This document shows positions 56,401-64,000 of a stretch of 64,000 nt of DNA, piece by piece. Made by a program: the position numbers and the translations under genes. The stretch spans positions 9,238,001-9,302,000 of the forward strand of contig CM120642.1 in NCBI GenBank assembly GCA_051362555.1, written 5' to 3'. The notes below the pieces were generated by a model that saw only the letters and a program-made list of their open reading frames with translations, ran no database searches and was not told the DNA's origin. The DNA is from Lingula anatina. Taxonomy: Eukaryota; Animalia; Brachiopoda. Positions within the stretch are counted from its first letter, which is position 1; every line of letters begins with the position of its first letter.

Positions 56401-59400
56401 ATGGTTTTCCACTTATCGTGTTATCGGTAAAAGTGCACGGCGACGGCGACGACGGCGACGACAGCGACAACGGCGACGGCGACGACAGACGCAGATGATG
56501 GCTATATGTACAGACACATCTGTGTCTGTACATAATAAAAGGAAAGCAAAATTTGCAAAGTTCAGTTCATGGTGAAAAGTAGGTCAAAGGTCAATTTTAA
56601 GGTCACATTTAGATTGCCAGTATATGACTTCCTATTCAAATTCAATAGTAACTATGGTCCTATCTCAGCCAGTTTTGGAGATAAAAGGAAAGCAAAATTT
56701 GCAAAATTCAGTTCATGGTGTAAAGTAGGTCAAAGGTCAATTTTAAGGTCACATTTAGATTGCCAGTACATGACTTCCTATTCAAGTTCAATAGTTACTA
56801 TGAGCTTATCTCTGCCAGTTTTGGAGATAAAAGGGAAGCAAAATTTGCAAAATTCAGTTCATGGTGAAAAGTAGGTCAAAGGTCAATTTCAAGGTCACAT
56901 TTAGATTGCCAGTATATGACTTTCTATTCAAGTTCAATAGTAACTATGGACCTATCTAAGCCAGTTTTGGAGATAAAAGGGAAGCAAAATTTGCAAAGTT
57001 CAGTTCATGGTGAAAAGTAGGTCAAAGGTTAAATTTAAGATCACATTTAGATTGCCAGTATATGACTTCCTATTCAAGTTCAATAGCAACTATGGACCTA
57101 TCTCTGCCAGTTTTGCAGATAAAAGGGAAGCAAAATTTACAAAGTTCAGTTCATGGTGAAAAGTAGGTCAAAGGTCAATTTCAAGGTCACATTTAGATTG
57201 CCAGTATATGACTTTCTATTCAAGTTCAATAGTAACTATGGACCTATCTAAGCCAGTTTTGGAGATAAAAGGGAAGCAAAATTTGCAAAGTTCAGTTCAT
57301 GGTGAAAAGTAGGTCAAAGGTTAAATTTAAGATCACATTTAGATTGCCAGTATATGACTTCCTATTCAAGTTCAATAGCAACTATGGACCTATCTCTGCC
57401 AGTTTTGCAGATAAAAGGGAAGCAAAATTTACAAAGTTCAGTTCATGGTGAAAAGTAGGTCAAAGGTCAATTTCAAGGTCACAGTAAGATTGTCAGTATA
57501 TGACTTCCTATTCAAGTTCAGTAGTAACTATGGACTTATCTCTGCCAGTTTTGGAGATAAAAGGGAAGCAAAATTTGCAAAATTCAGTTCATGGTGAAAA
57601 GTAGGTCAAAGGTCAATTTCAAGGTCACATTTAGATTGCCAGTATATGACTTCCTATTCAAATTCAATAGTAACTATGGTCCTATCTCAGCCAGTTTTGG
57701 AGATAAAAGGGAAGCAAAATTTGCAAAATTCAGTTCATGGTGTAAAGTAGGTCAAAGGTCAATTTTAAGGTCACATTTAGATTGCCAGTATATGACTTCC
57801 TATTCAAGTTCAATAGTAACTATGGACTTATCTCTGCCAGTTTTGGAGATAAAAGGGAAGCAAAATTTGCAAAATTCAGTTCATGGTGAAAAGTAGGTCA
57901 AAGGTCAATTTCAAGGTCACATTTAGATTGCCAGTATATGACTTTCTATTCAAGTTCAATAGTAACTATGGACCTATCTCAGCCAGTTTTGGAGATAAAA
58001 GGGAAGCAAAATTTGCAAAGTTCAGTTCATGGTGAAAAGTAGGTCAAAGGTCAATTTTAAGATCACATTTAGATTGCCAGTATATGACTTCCTATTCAAG
58101 TTCAATAGTAACTATGGACTTATCTCTGCCAGTTTTGGAGATAAAAGGGAAGCAAAATTTGCAAAATTCAGTTCATGGTGAAAAGTAGGTCAAAGGTCAA
58201 TTTCAAGGTCACAGTAAGATTGCCAGTATATGACTTCCTATTCAACTTCAATAGTAACTATGGACCTATCTCTGCCAGTTTTGGAGATATAAGGGACTAA
58301 ATGTTATAATTTTGGAGTTACCATTATGTGCCTTAAATTTCGAACAGAAAAAATTAATTAAAATAAAGAAAATGTCATTTTGGTCAAAATTCTTGAAATA
58401 GGAGGTGCTCTGAAGTTTCAGAAGTTCAAATTTGATGAAATAATGTCATTTTTGAATACAAGTTGTCTGCTTTGCCAAGCCTTACGTTTTATTTTTCCAG
58501 AGTTCAAAATTTATTATCCATTACCGTACTGCACATTTTGCTTTTACCACCAATATGTACTTTTTGATACAGCGTAACTCGAAAACCGTATGGAATACAA
58601 AAAAACCGAGACCACCTCCAGTGTTGGGCTTTACATGCTCTACAAAATGCAAAAATGAATGGGTCTCTAGCATTAACGGTTCCCGAATTAGAGACAGTTT
58701 TCAGTTTCGGTATCTTATGGCCGCTACTCCCGTGAAAATGCACCGATTGACCCCAAATTCATGGAGATGAAAGATGACCTGAAGGGTAACACTTTCCAAT
58801 AATATTATTGGTTAAGTCTGTGTGGTGTCTGAATAACAGGGCAAAAAAAAAATTTTTCGGAAAAAATATCATTTTTTTGAAAATTTTGGCTCATTTGACC
58901 TTGAAGTAAAGGTCAAAGGTCAAATCCAAGGGCATATTTGAAATCTACACATATGACTTTTGGAAAGCTGTCTGTAGAAAATTTTCCCATAATTCCTTCC
59001 GTAGGGTAGATAATTAGCATTTAATTTTGCCATTTTTAGACAAGGGTGCATTGCAATGAGTGCCACACCCAGACCCCAATACCGACAAAGCCCAAATTTT
59101 ACGTGGAACGAGTTGAGATTATAGGTGACCTAAATCCATGAGATGGGTACGGGGGCCCTTACCGTCTAGGAGTAGAAGCGGTAACGGTGACTTGGCGGCG
59201 GAGCCAGAGGAGCCGGCGGAGCCGGCGGAGCCGCAGGAGCCGGCGGAGCCGGCGGAACATGCGGGTCGGGACTAAAACCATGTGTACCGCCAGCGCCTAC
59301 GCTGGTGGTACAACTAGTGAGTGCCATATTAATATCCTTTTTTTCGAAAAATTGAAGGACATATAAAATACATATATATTTTTTTATAATCTTGCATCCT

Positions 59401-60308
59401 TTCGTATTAAGGATACACATAGTTGTGCTTTTGTTTAAGACTTAAAAGGGGTAAATATAAGTCTCAGTTCATCTTACCTTTCTAGAGAGATTTTCAAATA
59501 TATTGCACCCTTCAGTATTGAGTACACACATTGTTTGTGCTATATGGTGCCTTTCCATCACAGAGCCTTCGGAGCTATACAAGGCAGCAAGAACAGATTG
59601 CTGAAAAATCAATAACAACAGAATTTTAAGAAAAGAAGAATTATCAAAGACTTTTGGAACCATTACTGGACTTATAATGTCTGTGATTATTGAAATGACA
59701 ACCTACAAACAGACATTAAGTTCAGGAATATTGGAAGATTAAAAATATACTTATGTTATCTCCAATGGATTATATGTACAGAGGCAGACAGAAGCTGTCT
59801 TCTGGGTCTTCCAAAAGACGTTCAGAATTCTTCAAGTTTACATTGATGGGCATCAAAATATTTCTAAAGCAAGACAGTCAAAAATCTATGATGGATCAAC
59901 AAAGGTGATTGGAAAGACTGTCAGAAAAAATCTCTGGATCTGCTCCTAATTGTAAAATAACAGTGCTTCAACAATCTCACTTGGATAGACTTGGCAAAAA
60001 TGCCATTTTATCACTTTTAACCATAGAATAAATTTCCATCAGTAGATGCAGGAAGTGAGGTGGGACTGGAGTGTCAGATGAGTGGAAAAATGCCTGCACA
60101 TAAGAAAACTAAAGGTAGTTGGATAGATTTAGGGTGGATAGGGGAAGAAGGGGGATATGTCATGTCTCCTCCCCACCTCCCCTCCCACCTAGTGATGTCA
60201 TATACTCACAGAGGCCACTTGGAAGCTGTTATTAGTACCTCTATGGTCAATATCATGGCACAAGCAGGAGACAAAGAGAGCAAATATCTCCAGTTCACTG
60301 AAATCACA

Positions 60309-60351
<43 letters not shown>

Positions 60352-62096
60352 TCCATACATTGTTAATATCTTATTTATTTAAAACAATGCATTGGTACTG
60401 GAATTCAATATTACTGTCATTAAATTTTGTCTTGAATAATTTCAAATATATGAAAAAAAAATCCTGCCTTTTTCTTCACTTTTAGGTGCATATTCCACCA
60501 GATTTTTAGAATGCAGAATTTAGGGTTGCAAAGACAAAATCAAATCAAAGCCTAATCAAAATTCAAAGCACAAAGGATCATCAACAGAACAGAAAAACAC
60601 TATGAACCAGTGGCCTAAATACTCTTCTCGGGTACCTTCACTTAAAATTAGTTTCATACCAGAAATATCAATACTATTAAAAAAAACAAAAAACAAAAAA
60701 AAAACAAAACACTACATTGAGGATTGGTTGACCCGTTATGTTCTCTATACAATGGCAAAAAAACAGAAATTGACATCTATGATTTCTATACTCAAAGGTG
60801 TGAATATTCACTAAATGAAAACGCTATCTAAGCACTACTGTGCCCAACCTTCCTCTTTATCACGTTTGTAGTCTCTATAGAGGCTGACATGCAGGGTTTA
60901 CCTAAGCACTATGAAGTCAATTTTTTTCTGAATGATATGGTACTCACTCCAGATAATTCTCAAGATGCAAATTTTTGTTGAGTATAAAACAGAAGTGGGC
61001 AACAGCAAAAGCATGCATCCAGTTGTGGTAAGGGGGATCACGGTAACCCTTCTTCACCATCAGGACAAATCTGAAAAATATTGTTAAAATCAAAACTCAA
61101 AGTGAATATTACTATTTATTATTATTATTGGTAAGGGCATGATTATCATCATCAATTGCTCAGCAAAAAAGAAAAAAAAACTTTCTCACAAATATGACTA
61201 ATAAAAATATATACTGCATGCTTGCAATAAAAATAAAATAAAATAAAAAATAATAATATCAAGTACCTACCGAGCTAAACTTTCTCTTTTGATTCTCCAC
61301 CTTGTAATGAATCCTTGTTCTTCAAACATGCTGATACATGCCTGCAGGGATTAAAAATTAAGAAACTTTTAGCCATCAGAAACATACAGATTCTATAATG
61401 ACATTTTAAAATGTTACATTTAATCACAAATAGTATTTATTAAAGCATTATTTTTTAAAATAATATTTTCTATACTCAAATTCTCTATACTGAATGTCAA
61501 TGGGCAACCATTAAAGGATTACGCGGTCTTCCTTTCATGTAGGTCCACCATATTTAGGTCTCGGCCTTGCTAGACCTCAGCTCTCCTCGATGTGAATGCT
61601 CTCTTTTAGACCAAAAATTACCCTTACTTCAGTTGATATCCACTTAAGTAAAGTAAGTATTGTATGACAGCTATGTGTCTTGTTATAAAACAGGTGTAAT
61701 TTTTTAGAAATATTTTAATTGGACAACTACCAGTTTATCTTGCATCTAAAAGTTGAGAAGTTTTCTGGCTATAGGTTTTTTTTTCTCTTCCTTTTTTAGG
61801 CAGTTAAACAGGTCCCTGACTGCATTAAGAGTGCAAACGATACACATAGATGTGATTGCATGTGTACTTCATCATTGCTCTATTGGTGTATTGGTAGGTG
61901 ACAGGGGCGTCTATTAAGGAAGGGGGCACTTTTATATGAAATATATCTACTTATAGACAGTATGTGTACTTACAAGTGGAGTGTCCAATTCTGAGATATT
62001 TCTGGGTACAGACGAGAATTTATCCATATCTGTGCTGAAGTGATACAAGGGTGGGATCTCACAGACTGATAGCTTCTTAGCTTCCTCTGCACCCAC
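50387..62096 (-). CDS. PDE2A: cGMP-stimulated 3',5'-cyclic nucleotide phosphodiesterase PDE2 (5'-partial; catalytic-domain exons only, GAF exons beyond the window)
   Basis: Exons (minus): 62096-61974, 61341-61271, 61070-60948, 60297-60210, 59600-59478, 51905-51806, 51415-51303, 50960-50815, 50573-50387 (1074 nt, in frame to TGA). PDE motifs: '[16 protein letters not shown]', '[14 protein letters not shown]', '[18 protein letters not shown]', '[10 protein letters not shown]', '[14 protein letters not shown]', '[13 protein letters not shown]', '[13 protein letters not shown]'. These match PDE2-specific wording as recalled. Confidence 0.94.
51679..51789. repeat. Short tandem duplication (2 x ~59 bp)
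   Basis: 'caaataatayaaactgtagttggagcwgttaataaatactgtgtcttaagga' occurs at 51679 and 51738. Confidence 0.85.
52773..52938 (+). mobile_element. Degenerate MITE (CAGGAGCGGAYCCAG-type end), copy 1
   Basis: Shares blocks 'aggagcRgaYccagagatWttttctgacagt', 'gttgatccatc' and 'ggaagacccagaaga' with an inverted copy at 59779-59947. Confidence 0.6.
53153..53389 (-). mobile_element. Short HINE/Helentron-type non-autonomous element nested in the second element
   Basis: AACTAG end, stem-loop GCACT-ttgag-AGTGC, subTIR ACCTCTGCCAAGG (53180-53192) / CCTTGGCAGAG (53368-53378), 'acagacaaacag' short repeat, 'ataacctccttggc...gaggtaa' terminus. Confidence 0.75.
54200..55240. repeat. Degenerate ~336-bp tandem repeat (about 3 copies) inside the nested HINE
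   Basis: 'gaaaaattaaattttcacaaaaa...tgtttaattgccagaaaaatttaccaaacagactgc' at ~54569 and ~54905; more diverged copies upstream. Confidence 0.75.
55640..56427. repeat. ~162-bp tandem repeat (about 5 copies) inside the nested HINE
   Basis: 'YgctgattttcRaact' recurs at 55681, 55845, 56007, 56168, 56329. Confidence 0.85.
56536..58295. repeat. 146-bp satellite array (12 units here, plus ~1.7 units at 52365-52612)
   Basis: 'GTAGGTCAAAGG' unit starts at 56579, 56725, 56871, 57017, 57163, 57309, 57455, 57601, 57747, 57893, 58039, 58185 (exact 146-bp period). Confidence 0.97.
59380..59440 (-). pseudogene. Decayed partial duplicate of PDE2 exon 59600-59478 (pseudo-exon)
   Basis: Minus strand 'gcacaa-ctatgtgtatccttaatacgaaaggatgcaagat' vs exon 'gcacaaacaatgtgtgtactcaatactgaagggtgcaatat' (~32/41 nt); MCILNTKGC vs MCVLNTEGC; stop codon and 1-nt deletion upstream. 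Confidence 0.55.
59779..59947 (-). mobile_element. Degenerate MITE, copy 2 (inverted relative to 52773-52938)
   Basis: Reverse complement shares the blocks listed for copy 1. Confidence 0.6.
60309..60350. repeat. (AAT)n microsatellite
   Basis: Trinucleotide run next to the PDE2 exon acceptor. Confidence 0.9.
61511..61600 (+). mobile_element. Diverged terminal fragment of the same foldback family as 35897-36290
   Basis: 'ttaaaggattacgcggtcttcctttcatgtaggtccaccatatttaggtctc...gaatgc' aligns with 'ttaaaagattaggcggtttttctttcatgtacgtccgccatttttagtctc...gaatgc'. Confidence 0.6.
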
Positions 62097-64000
62097 CTAG
62101 TTGGACAGAGAAATAGTGTTAACAAAGTTCGAACACATATCATGATTACTATTATTTACATCCAACAATCAAATAATGCTTTAATGCCAAATGTCATTTT
62201 GGTAAGGTAGATGTAGGCTCAATTGTATTTACTTACTTTACTTTAAAACAGTTTCACATGGAAGATATTCCATTCAAATTATATTTATTACAGGTAACAC
62301 TAAGTGACTTATTCTACTTCTATATTTTAATTTAACCTGTTCACAGGTTTATACTGACAGTTTCAACATGTGAATTACTGTATTATACTGAAATGGACAA
62401 TTTCATTTGTAGAAAAACATATATCATAATAAGTATCTAACAGTTAAGAAATGCATTCACTGGAATGAAAAATTTACATAAAACCAAATTTATATGCAAA
62501 ACCAAATAACAGTAAGTATGACAGCTCCAATTCCTTTATATCATTTAAAAATAACAACTCTTTTTTTTGGTTAGTCTTTTTCTTTAAATTTTAATTAATT
62601 TAATGCCCTAATCATGCATTGGCAATGAACTTGAATAAACAACTTGAAGTTATTGTTTACAAAATTTGAACATCTTGGCAGACTAGCTGTCTTCATTGGT
62701 CAATTTTGAAAAAAAATTGTCAGAAAAGAATATTTAATGAAAACTGACCATCTTCCAGAAGGCCCTGGAGTATGCTACCATTGAAATAACAGTAATGTTT
62801 AAAAGATGCATTTTGTTGACTGTCATATAGAAAGGTGTCATCTAGTATATAATGTCCAAACAGAAAGTTGTGATCAATACCTCCCCCCCTTTACACTCAC
62901 TTAGTTCTAGATCTGATACAATTAATGAACATCTATAAATAAATTAACACCTTTACACCAATTATAAAAAAAATTATGCTTTGAATGTATGGTTTCTATA
63001 AAAGTCATGGGTAAATATGCCTTTGCTGTGGTTTCTGAGACATATCAAGCCCTACCCATTATCAGTTCTGAATTCTACATAAAACAATTTTTTTTATTTT
63101 GCAAATGATCAAAACACATTTCATAGTATTACTGTTCATACAAACAGTCAATATTTGCCTTCAGATATATACAAGTATATATTCCAGAGATTGTGCATGT
63201 AGCATTTTACATTGAAGAATGCACTATACTGCCTAGAGTGTGAAGAGAAATTTTGCATACCAATTGAGACAATAGATAAGATGCCAACAAGTTGCTGATG
63301 CTATCCCCCTCAATATTTCGAGATCTATTTTTCATTATGATATATGCAGCAGAATATACATTAAAAAAAAACTAAGATTGAAAGTGAAAAATTCCAAGAA
63401 AATTAATAAAGGTATAGAGCAAGCAACCCTGTGTAATAAAACTAAATAGTATTACTTAGTGAAAAAAAAAACACACAAAACATGCGAGGCATTTCTCTTA
63501 TTTATCAAGGGGAGGATGCAGGGATTAGAACACAGAAGAGAAGGAGAAAGAAAAGAGGAAAATGTCATGACAACTTGAAAATAAGGAACCTACATTGCTT
63601 CGGTCTAGTTCTGCATTCCTTTCTACTTCTATACTCACTCAGTGCAAAGTCTGTGTCACATCAACTACTGTTTATATCTTTAAATGAAAAACTATTTAAA
63701 GAAAAGTTGACCCAAAAAAACATGATTTCATCTTACCTTCACATTCTTAGATTTCAACATGAAAGAAACAGAGCATACTTGTAATGGAAGATTTAAGTGT
63801 ATAAGTTTCAGCAGCTGGGCGTAAAAACTCCAATGATGTGACTTAGGATAATGAAAATATGGGCTTTCATCAGACTGACGTGAGTTATTACCCACTGTCC
63901 GCTGGGTGGTATAGCTGACATGAACCTCTTATAAATGTCAGGAGGGTCTTGACCGCTTTGCCACACATCAGTGTGATGAAGGCCTATGTCCACATTGGCC

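Larger units (their letters stand above)
52613..56535 (-). mobile_element. Second HINE-like element inserted inside one 146-bp unit of the outer element
   Basis: Splits the unit sequence GGAGA|TAAAAGG exactly (52612 / 56536) without a TSD. subTIR ATGTACAGACA (52633-52643) / TGTCTGTACAT (56523-56533). 14-bp perfect hairpin 56505-56534. Stem-loop GGCAGC-aaa-GCTGTC (52616-52630). (GGCGAC/GAC)n microsatellite 56438-56491. Internal ~162-bp and ~336-bp tandem repeats. Confidence 0.78.
52161..59318 (-). mobile_element. Outer HINE (Helentron-associated / DINE-1-like non-autonomous element) with a central 146-bp tandem array, interrupted by a nested element
   Basis: 13-bp subterminal inverted repeat TTGTACCACCAGC (52196-52208) / GCTGGTGGTACAA (59301-59313). 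Hairpin 59283-59312. Short stem-loop GAGGCG-atac-CGCCTC (52174-52189) next to AAACTAG. (GGCGGAGCC)n microsatellite at ~59193-59255. A-rich insertion site with no evident TSD. Confidence 0.8.

Noticed and set aside
56536-58295. Regular repeat array considered as a CRISPR array, and its two 101-aa ORFs (56569, 57591) as genes
   Set aside because: Units are contiguous near-identical 146-bp monomers without unique spacers, there are no cas genes, and the context is a eukaryotic intron. The ORFs are chance read-throughs of the satellite.
52161-59318. Autonomous transposon (RepHel or transposase)
   Set aside because: No long ORF or catalytic motif in any frame; the elements are non-autonomous.
59166-59380. 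Pro/Ala-rich ORF ([14 protein letters not shown])
   Set aside because: It is the translation of the (GGCGGAGCC)n microsatellite of the HINE end.

Overview
AT-rich, intron-rich animal genomic DNA. Gene content and repeat types suggest a lophotrochozoan, probably a mollusc (inference). Five spliced protein-coding genes were assembled by hand from GT-AG junctions with consistent reading frames. (1) KIBRA/WWC Hippo-pathway scaffold (+, 5' WW exons upstream of the window, 964-23520). (2) An uncharacterised type I membrane protein: signal peptide, LamG/pentraxin-like domain, Thr/Ser stalk, 2 sushi domains, TM (+, 28910-32604). (3) Mitochondrial ankyrin-AAA+ disaggregase CLPB/SKD3 (-, 40739-33864). 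(4) Glucosamine-6-phosphate deaminase GNPDA (+, 41592-45541), head-to-head with CLPB. (5) The catalytic 3' part of a PDE2-type phosphodiesterase (-, 62096-50387; 5' part beyond the window). The introns hold non-autonomous DNA elements: a 394-bp foldback, hAT-like MITEs, and a 7.2-kb triple nest of Helentron-associated (HINE/DINE-1-like) elements carrying a 146-bp satellite with higher-order structure. Highlights: a hidden 96-nt in-frame KIBRA cassette exon encoding a basic-aromatic motif; a possible WW-less, PPxY-bearing alternative KIBRA N-terminus; CLPB-PDE2 microsynteny matching human 11q13; the nested HINE/satellite system; and a decayed duplicate PDE2 exon. No database searches were possible, so family calls rest on recalled motifs.
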